Made by a program: the position numbers and the translations under genes. The notes under the pieces were generated by a model. The model was not told the DNA's origin, ran no database searches, and was given only the letters and a program-made list of their open reading frames with translations. 64,000 nt of DNA from an uncultured Pseudomonadales bacterium (lineage in GTDB: Bacteria; Patescibacteriota; Microgenomatia; UBA1400; PJMF01): the NCBI GenBank assembly GCA_964625685.1, contig CAZVBO010000001.1:153570-217569 (forward strand). The letters are read 5' to 3'. The stretch's first letter is position 1. Each line of letters starts with the position of its first letter. Below, piece after piece: positions 47,263 to 57,299 of the stretch.

Positions 47263-47539
47263 TATGAATACTCAACTTCTCAAAAAAAAACTGACTCCTT
47301 TAGTGATGTGGTCGATTAAAAACCACTGGATTTTTTTGGTATTGCTGATTGGAGTGCAGTACCTGACAGGTGAACAAATGACGGAACCAAAAGCCTTTAT
47401 TCCGTTATCGGCTCCGATGGCTTTGCAGATTCATTCGGTACTTGGCAAACTAATTTTATTAGGAACCGCTGCCTTATTTTTAGATAAAATGTACTTACTC
47501 TGGTTACGTCGTCGACCCGCCACTCCTACTCAGCCCTAA
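47263..47539 (+). CDS. Hypothetical small membrane protein
   Basis: An internal-start version of the 131-aa ORF with 2 TM helices. Confidence 0.3.
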
Positions 47540-48620
47540 CCGAGTGATCTAAATATTGATGGAAAAATCTGACAGTGCGTTGCATCGCCAAACTAAAGTT
47601 TGACCCGGAAATATTGTGACCACCACTGGGATATTCATAAAACTGATGGGGAATATCTGTTTCATCAAGTAACCGATTTAAGTTGCGACTATATTCAATA
47701 TTGACCGTCTCATCATTCACTGCGTGGTGTAATTCAATTGCACCTGAAATATCACTTAAATAGTTGGTAGGAATAATGGGTGACCATAAGGGGTTATCAG
47801 GAGTTACTTCACCTAAAATATCTCGCAAACTTTGCCGGCGTTGTTGACCAGAAGGACTGGCTTGAGAGGGTCGGTCAGCCCAAGGCTGATCAGCCCTGGG
47901 CTGATACGAAGGATCATGAAGGCCATATTCTTGTAAGTCTTGATAGGTGTAACCAGCACCGGCCCAGATCACGACAGCTGGAATATTTGGTTTGACTGCC
48001 CAAGCACGGAAAACCACATTCCCGGCCATACTATGTCCCCACAGCCCAATTTGGGTAGCATTCACAAAATTTGCATTTTGCAATGCACTGTAGGCGTTGA
48101 GTGTGTCAATGATATACCCGGATGAATAATAGGCTCCACTGGGATCACCTTCAGACTCAGCGTGTCCCCGCAAATCAATCTTAAACACCACAAAGCCATT
48201 TCGGGCTAAATAGTCAACATAATCTACATACCTTTCTGTAGTTTCATACTGTTGAGGAGGAATGTAACCGTGCACAAACACAATCGCTGGCCACCCTCCG
48301 TCAGGCATTTCTCCTGTAGGCTGAGTTAACAGGCCATTGATTTTCAATCCTTCTGATTGATAGCTGGTCAAATAGGCTGTGTAATTAGGATGTTGACTTT
48401 GAACAGTTAATTCATCCAATTGACTCTGATAGGTCTTTCCCCTGAGGTAAGGAATCGACATTTCCACAATTGGGAGAGGAGTGGGCATGACTCTTTCTGC
48501 TACCTTAGAAAAAGTTGAGGAAATGGAACCTGAGTTTGAAGAAGGAGATTGAGCAGAGAAATAATACATTCCCATTCCTAAACCAATCACTATAATCAAG
48601 AAAAGAAGTATTTTTTTCAT
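47526..48620 (-). CDS. Secreted alpha/beta hydrolase (S9 / dienelactone-hydrolase-like)
   Basis: A signal peptide and GLWGHSMAG (GxSxG nucleophile elbow). Confidence 0.7.
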   Translation of the reverse strand: MKKILLFLIIVIGLGMGMYYFSAQSPSSNSGSISSTFSKVAERVMPTPLPIVEMSIPYLRGKTYQSQLDELTVQSQHPNYTAYLTSYQSEGLKINGLLTQPTGEMPDGGWPAIVFVHGYIPPQQYETTERYVDYVDYLARNGFVVFKIDLRGHAESEGDPSGAYYSSGYIIDTLNAYSALQNANFVNATQIGLWGHSMAGNVVFRAWAVKPNIPAVVIWAGAGYTYQDLQEYGLHDPSYQPRADQPWADRPSQASPSGQQRRQSLRDILGEVTPDNPLWSPIIPTNYLSDISGAIELHHAVNDETVNIEYSRNLNRLLDETDIPHQFYEYPSGGHNISGSNFSLAMQRTVRFFHQYLDHSVRAE

Positions 48621-49807
48621 AGAAGATTTGTTTTCCAGTAAGGTTGAGAATTGTACTTAGTAGCGGTAGCAAAGGCTTCTACAGCCGCCCCATTTTGATC
48701 CTGTTTTTGTAAAATGAGACCGTTCAGATAATGAAGCTCAGCATAGGCTCGATTGCCACCATTTAAAATTTGATCAGCTAATTGATGAAACTGTTGATAT
48801 TGCTCTAGCTGGTAGTAAGCTAATAGTGGTTCGAGTTGATACCACAAGGCTCGATGAGGTAAACGATCAGCTACTGTTTCATAGGCCATAACTGCATTTT
48901 CATACTGTCCGAGATGATAGTAAGCCACAGACTGATTGAGGCTGGCATAAGCATTTTGGGGATTTTGTTCTAGTTGTTGTTGAGTTTGATTCAAGGCTAT
49001 GTTCCAGGTCTGAGATTCGCTCAGTAAATTTCCTAATGCTTGTTCAACTTGGGCTTGTTTGGCTGGAGTCACTAAGACTAAAAATTCATTATTAAATGGT
49101 TGCCAGAGTTGCTCAAACTGCTGATAGGTATAGGCAATATCTTTGCCCTGATAAGAATCATCCTGAATTAAAATTTGTTGGGTTTGGTCGTAGCCTTTGA
49201 CTACACGGTAATGCCCGATGTCATCATCAGCCGTTAATAAAGTCCGGGTGATAACTGGTAAATCTAATGCGACTAGAGCTTCTAACTGTTCAATAGTCCC
49301 AGCAGGACGATGATAAGCAAGCAAATCGTACTCTTGAGCTTTTGCCGCGAGTTCACTCAGCGACACCGATTTGTCATCATTATCTCCTTGAGGATTTTGG
49401 TAGGGTCGTAAAGCTTGGCCTAATGATTGTTGGGTTTCATCGATGCCAAAATAGGATAAAGCCATCGTCAGAGAGGCTGGTCCGCAATTATTAAAAGTTT
49501 GGAACATTTGTTTGCCACCCGACAAGGTTTTAGAACGTGGAATAACTCTAGGTGATGGAGCTAAGGGAGATGAAAGAGGTTGCGGGGGAGGTTTAGCCGA
49601 ATCTGCCTCAGTTAAGGGAGTGGGACTTGAAAGTGGAGTTGAGGGAGTGAGACGTGTTGATTGCCAAAAAGTCCAACTAATCCCTAAGCCTATGATAATC
49701 AAGCCAATTCCTCCTAACGGGAGTAACCAGTGAACTCTGCTTTTTGATACAGAAGAACCTGCTGATTGAGTTTGATTTTCTAGTTGAATTGGAGGGTCAT
49801 TTTCCAT
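48617..49807 (-). CDS. Membrane-anchored peptidase C39-like domain protein with C-terminal TPR-like repeats
   Basis: NNCGPASLTMALSYFG is the C39_2 catalytic Cys motif. It is preceded by a Pro-rich linker and a TM helix. Confidence 0.6.
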   Translation of the reverse strand: MENDPPIQLENQTQSAGSSVSKSRVHWLLPLGGIGLIIIGLGISWTFWQSTRLTPSTPLSSPTPLTEADSAKPPPQPLSSPLAPSPRVIPRSKTLSGGKQMFQTFNNCGPASLTMALSYFGIDETQQSLGQALRPYQNPQGDNDDKSVSLSELAAKAQEYDLLAYHRPAGTIEQLEALVALDLPVITRTLLTADDDIGHYRVVKGYDQTQQILIQDDSYQGKDIAYTYQQFEQLWQPFNNEFLVLVTPAKQAQVEQALGNLLSESQTWNIALNQTQQQLEQNPQNAYASLNQSVAYYHLGQYENAVMAYETVADRLPHRALWYQLEPLLAYYQLEQYQQFHQLADQILNGGNRAYAELHYLNGLILQKQDQNGAAVEAFATATKYNSQPYWKTNLL

Positions 49808-49915
49808 TCAGGACATGATATCAGAAATGCAGTCTAAAAGATTCAGAAATGCGTAAGGAATTACAAAAAGTAATAAATACTTTACATTTTGTAAAAAATA
49901 GTATACAATTCCTGT

Positions 49916-50308
49916 ATGAAAAAAATAAACGTGAGTTCAACCTCTTATAAAACAATTCGGATTATTGTATCGATGTATGTGGCAGCTGTAGTTTCATCAG
50001 CAGTGGTGTCAGAAAATTTCATGTTGGCTTTGGCAGGTGTCATTAGTGGCATGTTAGTAATCTGGTTGGCCAAGAAACGAACCAAAACCATTACTGCAGA
50101 CGAAATGATTTTGACTGTATCGGGCAAGGCAGCTCGGATTACCTATTCTCTGACTACTATTTCTTTAGCCTTAGTTTCAGTCTTGCTGATGTTTTTAGCT
50201 AAAGAACCTTTTCCCAAAGCCTTAGGAATTATCTTTAGTTATTTGGCGTTGGCCATGATGGTGGTGTATTCAATTCTGTATAAATACTTGATGAAACAAC
50301 AATCATAA
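49916..50308 (+). CDS. Small membrane protein (DUF2178-like partner of an XRE regulator)
   Basis: A 130-aa ORF with 4 TM helices, immediately followed by a 64-aa HTH gene. Confidence 0.4.
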   Translation: MKKINVSSTSYKTIRIIVSMYVAAVVSSAVVSENFMLALAGVISGMLVIWLAKKRTKTITADEMILTVSGKAARITYSLTTISLALVSVLLMFLAKEPFPKALGIIFSYLALAMMVVYSILYKYLMKQQS

Positions 50309-50313
50309 TCTGT

Positions 50314-50508
50314 ATGACGAACACGATTCGAATTTTACGAGCGGAAAAAGGGATGACTCAAGAAGATTTAGCCAATCGAGTGGGAGTGACTCGCCAGACC
50401 ATTCTGGCAATCGAAAAGAATAAATATGTGCCATCACTGGAACTTGCCTTTAAAATTGCTCGACTCTTTCATAAAAATGTAGAGGAGGTTTTTGAGTATG
50501 AAAAATAA
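50314..50508 (+). CDS. HTH XRE-family transcriptional regulator
   Basis: MTQEDLANRVGVTRQTILAIEKNKYVPSLELAFKIARLF. Confidence 0.7.
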   Translation: MTNTIRILRAEKGMTQEDLANRVGVTRQTILAIEKNKYVPSLELAFKIARLFHKNVEEVFEYEK

Positions 50509-50872
50509 TTTTTTATTTTTGATAGGAATAGGTATTTTTTCGTTCTTTATACTGTTTATAGCGAGTACGACTTGGATTGAAATGGCAGTAGAAGAAAATT
50601 GCAAAGAAGCGGTTTCAGTGTATGGAGGTGACTGTGTAGAAGCGTTGTCGGCAGAAGTTACTGATGAACAGGCTTCTTTTCATGATCGAAATGATGCCAC
50701 TTGGTCTTTGGGTCAGCTCGGTGACAAACGGGCTTTGCCAGTTTTAGAATCACTCCAAAATGGTGATGAAACTCAGACCAAATATAATACTCAACTTTCA
50801 CAATATGAATTGAAGAAAGCCATAAATTTATTAAAATCTGGATTCAATTTAACAAGACCTTTTCGCTGGTAG
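50492..50872 (+). CDS. Hypothetical membrane-anchored protein
   Basis: A 126-aa ORF with an N-terminal TM helix. Confidence 0.35.
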   Translation: MSMKNNFLFLIGIGIFSFFILFIASTTWIEMAVEENCKEAVSVYGGDCVEALSAEVTDEQASFHDRNDATWSLGQLGDKRALPVLESLQNGDETQTKYNTQLSQYELKKAINLLKSGFNLTRPFRW

Positions 50873-50912
50873 CACAATTGTTTTATGTTAAGGAATAGTT
50901 TACGATTAAAGT

Positions 50913-51482
50913 ATGACCTTTCTGGTAGGAGTACTATTTCTCGGACTGTTGGCAATTATTCTTTATTTAGCTCATCAAAGTGTTCAAGTTGTAAGCCAAT
51001 TATCACCTGTTGATGACTTGCAACCCATTGATGAACTTGAGACTCAGTGGAGTGAGTTCTATGGCAAAAGAGACTACATGATGTCTCAGGCAGAACACAC
51101 TTTATTTTACTTACTTTGTCAGTTATATGCCGATCAGTACTTCATTTTTCCTCAAGTAAAATTAGATAAAATTTTTTATGTTAAATCTCCTTTTAAATAC
51201 CAACATCAATATCTGAATCATATTGATCGAAAGTCAGTTGATTTTTTATTGTGTCAGAAAAATCCAGTTAGACCTGTGGTGGCGATTGAACTAGATGATC
51301 ATTCTCATCAAACTGAAAAGAGGAAAGCCAGAGATAAATTTGTAGAGGCTTTATTTTCTACCACTCAACTACCTTTGGTTCGTATTCCTTGTCAACCAGT
51401 TTATGCTTTAGAAGCATTAAAAGAATGTATTGATCCGAGTTTGAGTTTATGTCAATCGGAAGTAACAATTAGAGATTACTAA
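50913..51482 (+). CDS. DUF2726-like protein (PD-(D/E)xK nuclease fold)
   Basis: FPQVKLDKIF ... VDFLLCQK ... VVAIELDDHSH ... RDKFVEALF matches the DUF2726 core (FP.V.L..., IELDD.SH). It has an N-terminal TM helix. Confidence 0.55.
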   Translation: MTFLVGVLFLGLLAIILYLAHQSVQVVSQLSPVDDLQPIDELETQWSEFYGKRDYMMSQAEHTLFYLLCQLYADQYFIFPQVKLDKIFYVKSPFKYQHQYLNHIDRKSVDFLLCQKNPVRPVVAIELDDHSHQTEKRKARDKFVEALFSTTQLPLVRIPCQPVYALEALKECIDPSLSLCQSEVTIRDY

Positions 51483-51702
51483 AATCTTCTTCTGGAATGT
51501 CAAAGTTTTCTAACTCAGTATTAATCGTATTAATATCGGTTGAGTCGGAGACATCTTGTTGCAGGACAGGATCACTACCCGTGGGTTGAATTTCGTCGGT
51601 TTGCATCATTGATGCATCTTCAGGTTTAGGTTGGTTGAGAGAGCATCCGGTTAAGATCAAGCCAGAAGCTAAGATGATCCCCAAGAAAGTAAGTTTTTTC
51701 AT
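51469..51702 (-). CDS. Small lipoprotein
   Basis: A signal peptide with lipobox LTGCS. Confidence 0.4.
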   Translation of the reverse strand: MKKLTFLGIILASGLILTGCSLNQPKPEDASMMQTDEIQPTGSDPVLQQDVSDSTDINTINTELENFDIPEEDFSNL

Positions 51703-51711
51703 AAAGTTCCT

Positions 51712-52296
51712 TTATTGAGCTGCTTGAATAAGAGTTGTTGTAGCACTGCGAAGACTTTGAAGTGCGCTTTGAAAATCGGCTCGAGCTGCCATTGCTAAAT
51801 CTCGGGCAGCTAGAGCCTGGTCTCGTTGTTCCTCATATTTGTCGGGATCAACGGCTTCAAATTGAGCTACTGCTTTTGCCCCTTTGTCACTGGCACTCGC
51901 AATCAAACTTCGAGCAGTGGCGATGTCAGCTTTAGCTTCACTGGTATCTGTCCCATTTTGTGACATCTCTGCTATCTTGGCATCAAGTCGATCAGCAAAT
52001 TTGGTGAGTGAATCAGTATAGTATTGAAATCTTCTCTCTAACCGGTAGGCATGACTTTGGGCAATCGTAGACCGTCGCTGTTGCATAGTATCTTGAACAT
52101 TGTCTCGCATCTCTTGCCGGTTTTCTTGGATATCAGTTCGTGTTTCTTGTCTGTCTTGTTGAAGTTCTTCTCTATTTTCTATTCTTTGATCCACTCGTTC
52201 TTGGCGAGGGGTTTGAGCAGCAGTAGTTAGGGGGAGTAATAGGGAGCTTGCCAGCAAGGTGCTAACTACCCCTAAGGTTAGAGAAAGTTTTGGCAT
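51712..52296 (-). CDS. Secreted coiled-coil protein
   Basis: A signal peptide followed by a Q/R/E-rich heptad-like sequence. Confidence 0.4.
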   Translation of the reverse strand: MPKLSLTLGVVSTLLASSLLLPLTTAAQTPRQERVDQRIENREELQQDRQETRTDIQENRQEMRDNVQDTMQQRRSTIAQSHAYRLERRFQYYTDSLTKFADRLDAKIAEMSQNGTDTSEAKADIATARSLIASASDKGAKAVAQFEAVDPDKYEEQRDQALAARDLAMAARADFQSALQSLRSATTTLIQAAQ

Positions 52297-52457
52297 ACGT
52301 CCTTTCGGGTTATTTTATAAATATCTCAATTCTTCCTGAGTTTCAACTGAGATTAGAATGACTCCTTCTTTTCTTTTCAACATAAAAAATGAGTTAGAGT
52401 TGTGTAAGGATTGATTTACAGCTGACATTTATAATTAATTTTTATCATAATAGAGAT

Positions 52458-53471
52458 ATGATTTCGAAAGTAATTGGCACCTGTGTGGCTGGAGCGGCGG
52501 TAGCCGGAACTATGTATTGGAACCATTGGTCGGCTCGTCATGGTGATGTAGTAGCACCTACTCCAGATACATCTGATGAAGTAACTGAAACGAGTCCTTC
52601 GCCCTCGCCTTTTCCGACTCCCACACCGGTAACTGATCTAAAATGGGGGGCCTATGTAGGTTGGCAGGAAGGAGCCTTAGCCCAATTTGAATCTTTAGTA
52701 GGCAAGCCAGTCGACATGGTGGCTGATTTTGTTCATTGGGGGAATGAACGTGATTTTCCAATGCAGTATGCAGAAATTGCCCGGGATCAGGAGAAGGTTC
52801 TAGTGATCTATTGGGAAGTAAAAGACTATAATTTTGAGGGACCGAATGATCCTCGTTTTAGTTATGATGCTATTTTAGCTGGAAATTGGGATAGCTATAT
52901 TGATCAGTTTGCGGCAGATGCGGCTGTTTATGATGGACCAGTAATTTTACTACCATTTAATGAAATGAATGATAATGTTTCTCCGTGGAGTGGTACCCAA
53001 AATGGCAATTCTCCGGAAAAACATATCTTAGCCTTTCGTTATTTGAGAGATCGATTTCGCACTGTAGCCCCCAATGTTAAGTTTGGGTGGGCAGTGAACA
53101 GTTTATCAGTGCCTGATGAGCCGGGTAATAAGATTGAGGAATATTATCCTGGTTCTGAGTATGTTGATTATGTAGGAGTGGATGGTTTTAATTTTGGTGA
53201 TCCGTGGCAATCTTTTGATGAGGTTTTCGCTCCGGCTTTATCAGTCTTAGTTCAGTATCAAAAACCGATTTATCTTTTTTCGATGGGATCACGAGATGGG
53301 AGTCAAAAAGCCGAGTGGATCAGAGAAGGTTTAGGTCAAGCGGTCCATCACTACCCGGTTTCTGGATGGATTTGGTTTAATGAGAATAAGAGTGAGAATG
53401 GGGAGTATGATTGGCGGGTGAATTCTGATCCGGCTTCATTAAATGCGTTTAGAGAAGTGATTCCGGAGTAA
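52458..53471 (+). CDS. Glycoside hydrolase, clan GH-A (GH26-like)
   Basis: A (beta/alpha)8-type layout with WG.Y, a NE acid/base candidate in LLPFNEMND, and W-rich substrate-binding segments. Confidence 0.45.
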   Translation: MISKVIGTCVAGAAVAGTMYWNHWSARHGDVVAPTPDTSDEVTETSPSPSPFPTPTPVTDLKWGAYVGWQEGALAQFESLVGKPVDMVADFVHWGNERDFPMQYAEIARDQEKVLVIYWEVKDYNFEGPNDPRFSYDAILAGNWDSYIDQFAADAAVYDGPVILLPFNEMNDNVSPWSGTQNGNSPEKHILAFRYLRDRFRTVAPNVKFGWAVNSLSVPDEPGNKIEEYYPGSEYVDYVGVDGFNFGDPWQSFDEVFAPALSVLVQYQKPIYLFSMGSRDGSQKAEWIREGLGQAVHHYPVSGWIWFNENKSENGEYDWRVNSDPASLNAFREVIPE

Positions 53472-53489
53472 ATGGGAAGTCACAGTCTT

Positions 53490-53581
53490 CGTCATCCTCG
53501 CGCCTGCCTGCGCAGGCAGGAATGCGGTGATCTGGAATGGCACAACCAATTTTCCAGATTCCCGTGTACACGGGAATGACA
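53490..53581. repeat. MITE-like palindromic element, copy 3 (subfamily A, carries the CCTGCCTGCGCAGGCAGG palindrome)
   Basis: GTCATCCTCGCGCCTGCCTGCGCAGGCAGGAATGCGGTGATCTGGAATGG...CCAGATTCCCGTGTACACGGGAATGACA. Confidence 0.75.
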
Positions 53582-53658
53582 AGCAAATGAGGTTTTACTT
53601 GTGGGTTTTATTTTCTTACTTGCATCAGTTTTGCTGTAAGTAACATAAGCGAGTAGTT

Positions 53659-55457
53659 TTAAAACAAGGCAATTCCCTCAGTTACTGTTTTAACAGGTAC
53701 ACTACTGGCATTGAGGTAATCGACTATATTTTGCAACATACCGGGTGTAGTCCCATAATCACTGTCGCTGGTATCTACTTGATGAAAGGTGAGGATCAAC
53801 CAGGTGTGATTGGCTTTGGCAGTGTCAATCCAGGATTTAACTTCATCCAAGGTAGTGGTGGACTCAATATTTTGAGTCAGTAAGCCATAACGGTCGGTTG
53901 ATTTAGTGTTATAACCTACTTGGACAGTTCGGGCTGAGGTTAAACCTGAGTCTTGGGCGAACTGTTCAATTTGAGCATTATAGTCTCCATAAGGATAGGC
54001 GAGGCTACGAATTTGACTAATACCAATTTGAGTTAAGTCTAAATTAGCTCCGCTAATCTGTTCTTGGGCGGCGCTGGGCTCAATCGAGATGAGGGAAGGG
54101 TGAGTTTCGGTATGATTTCCAATCTCGTGACCTGCTGTTTGCATGGCTAAAATTTGATCTTTAGTCACATAGGTGTTAATACCGAGTGAAGCGTTATCAA
54201 GAGTGAGATAGCCTACCGAATCAAGCAAGTGGAAAACAGTCACTGACTTGGCATCAACTGGCACATAGAAAGTTCCAGTGAAATCTGCCCAAGTAGCTGA
54301 GGCCTGAGCAGTGCCAACATCATCATAGTAGACAGTGTTATCAGTTCGGGTAATCTGCACTACGACTCGGGTTTCGGTGTCACTTTGATATTGATCACTG
54401 AAAGTGTAGATTTGATCAACCAGAACTGGGACATCAGCAAAGTACCACTTAGCGTCTCCATCGGTCCAACTTGACATTTCGACTTTGACCGCCTTAGAGT
54501 CACTGACTCCGGTGACTGGATAAGAGAAAGTGGCAGTGTTGGTTCCCCAATTACCGGTAAACCAATCGTCGGGTTGGTTATTACTATCGGCATCAATCTC
54601 CAATTCATTATTTTCCGGATTGGCATATTGATTGAGTTTGGTCACGATGTAAAAGGTTCCTTTAACTCCAGCATTGTTGAGAATGGGCATAACTTCTTCA
54701 TAGTGGGACAACCACCATCATCAAAGGTCAGTGAGACAAAGCCTTCATCGAATGTATCTGCACTAGGACTCGGGCTGGGTTCTACTGACGGGCTAGGAGT
54801 TGGCTCTAGACTGGGAGAGGGTGAAGGTTCGGGAGTTGGTTCAACCGAAGGGCTAGGAGTTGGTGAGGGGCTGGGAAAAGGAGTTGGAGATGGTTCTGGT
54901 TCTGATACTGAAGAAAGTGAGTAGTTATCAACTACTAAGGTGCCTTTGGTACTCAACACATGAAGCATAGTCATCGAGACTGTCCCTGCAGGTGGAGTAA
55001 AGTTTACGGTGGTTGTTTGCCAGGTTGAAGATCTAGGGAGAGCTTGTAATTGAACATACACTAATTGCCCATTACTTTTTCGGTATTGAGCGATGATGTA
55101 AGTTCTAGCTGTTGAAGTATAGCTATCTTGAAATACGTACTCCTCACCTGGATTAACGGGCACATCTTGAAATTGCCACTTCGCATCTCCACTACGATAG
55201 CTAGTGATTTTGACTTGAGCAGCTTTTTGCCCGTTCACTCCAGCCACAGGGTAGGTGAAAGAAGCATTGTTACTCCCCCATTTGTCTTTAATCCAAAAGT
55301 CAGGATTATTATCAAAATTGGCATCTACTTCAAAAGAAGGATTGAGGATGGCATTGTTGCCTTCAGCTAAAGCATGACTACTAAAGATTCTTCCCAGAGC
55401 CAATAATGATAAAAAGAAGAATGATACTAGTGGCATGATTTTAATGGGGTTCTTCAT
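53659..55457 (-). pseudogene. Secreted polysaccharide deacetylase (NodB/CE4) with two CBM-like domains; a single-base frameshift near 54705-54712 splits it into 326-aa and 350-aa ORFs
   Basis: The upstream ORF ends LTFDDGG (NodB motif 1 TFDDG). The downstream ORF continues SHYEEVMPILNNAGVKGTFY and later HTETHPSL and LAYPYGDYN. Restoring one T (GGTGGTTG to GGTTGGTTG) gives TFDDGWLSHYEE. Confidence 0.65.
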
Positions 55458-56004
55458 ATAAAAGGTGGGCTGGTGTTTCAGCACAAGAAGCCAGTTCTTG
55501 GCTATATTTACTTTGTAGTGAATGTAAGATTTGCAAATTCTGTTCAGCCGAACCGCTATAATTTTCGATTCCCATACTCTGAGCCAAAGCAACTCTAGAT
55601 TCAAAGTTAGCTTTTTCTCCAAGAGTTTTTAGATAGTTCACCACCGAATTAGTTTTTTGAAGAACTTGAAGTTGGTCATAGAGCTCACAATTGATATCAG
55701 TTATGCCTAAAACCACACTTGAATTTACAACTTCTGGATCTTGCTGAGTGTTATCGGCTAAAGTTGAAAACTTATCTGGTGAAACTTGAAGTTCGGACTG
55801 AGCTGGTAACTGAGATTGGCTTGCTAAGAACTTGCTTTGATTTTTCACTTCTTGGACTTCCTGATTCAATTCATGAATTTCACTCGCTAATAAAATAGGT
55901 GAAGAATGCTTTTCGGTGACAACAGCATAAACAATACTACTCGCACTTGGTAAAATAACCAGGGAAACTAACGAGACGATGGTGAGACCATGATGATATT
56001 TCAT
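55444..56004 (-). CDS. Secreted hypothetical protein
   Basis: A 187-aa ORF with a signal peptide, Q/S-rich. Confidence 0.4.
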
Positions 56005-56109
56005 AAATCTAGAATTTTATCCGATGTAAATACATTTTTACTTTATGTGAGGCAATAATAGCCAGGTGAATTACTACGGAAAATCCAAATAAAGGCATGA
56101 ATGGCATAA

Positions 56110-57136
56110 TTAGACGTACTCCATATGTTTTCTCTCTGGTTTAAACCATTGTAAGGTTCTTTTTTTCCAGAGTGCTTCTACTACAAACTGTTCTAAGAAA
56201 ATGTAGGCGTTCACATAGAGTAAGAACATACAAGGAATGGGAACGAGGATAAGATCCCACCGTTTGGCTTTATGAGCTGCCCAGACACCAAACACAAAAG
56301 CAGCGAGCATGTAGCTTAACAGTAACCAAATTCCTAACCAGATATTTAAAATGGGAACAATAAACATCAAAATGGAAAAAGTCACCCCTTCGACATAGAT
56401 GAGTGAAAGCTCAAACGCTTTGACGGGATGTTCAATGATGTGGTGGTGTTTGAGTAAGTTTTGCCAGCCACCTCCATACCAACGACGCATTTGATTAATA
56501 TAAGAAGAAAGAGTACTGGGGTCTTGAGTATAGGAAATGATTCGGCGATCATAAATAATTTTGAGACGCTTGTGATGGAGTTTATAGGTAAAGTCTAAAT
56601 CTTCAGTAATCGTATCGTGATCAAAGCTAATATGATCTTTGAAGGCTTGAGTTCGAAAGGCACTGGCTGCACCCGGCATCACAAACATGTAATTCAAATA
56701 GCTTTGAGCCAACTTATGAATATTTTGTCCTATGGTGTATTCAAAGGCTCGACACAGAGTTAACCAGTTATAGGGAAGACTAGATACGTAACCAGAAACA
56801 GCGACCACACTTTTTTCTGCAAAATCTTTGGCGATAAGTTCACCAAATCGATGGTCTAGAATGGTATCCGCATCGGTAGTAACGACAACGTCTCCAGTTA
56901 CAAACTGCAATCCATATTCTTGAGCATGACTTTTATTACCAGTATTTTGGGGAGTTTTTTAACAACTATTTTTTTTGTTGAGCATACTTACGTAAAATCT
57001 TGGCCGTTCCATCAGTTGAAGAGTCATTGACGAAGACCAACTGGTCAAATGGTCGGGTTTGATGAAGGCACGATTGAATACAAGCTTCGACCGTTTGTTC
57101 TTCATTATAGACCGGTACGAGAATCGAAATTTCCAT
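56110..57136 (-). pseudogene. Family-2 glycosyltransferase split into an N-terminal 79-aa piece and a C-terminal 266-aa piece at A8 and A6 homopolymer runs (56955-56985)
   Basis: N piece ILVPVYNEE...FVNDSSTDGT. C piece GDVVVTTDADTILD (DxD) plus C-terminal TM helices. Two frame changes are needed to join them. Confidence 0.55.
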
Positions 57137-57299
57137 AAATAAAAGTAGTAAATTTGGTGTATCTACAGGCAAATATAGGTTCTCACGGAAACAAATGTGT
57201 GTCAATTACACATCAATCTTTTGGACAGGTTTTTATTACAATTTTTTGTCGCTTTAATTGGTGAAAGTATAATTACGGAAGTAATCTTTGCAAAAATGT

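Noticed and set aside
54574-54924. 116-aa plus-strand ORF rich in GLG/VGS repeats
   Set aside because: It is the antisense of the Pro/Ser/Thr linker of the deacetylase gene, so it is a low-complexity mirror ORF.
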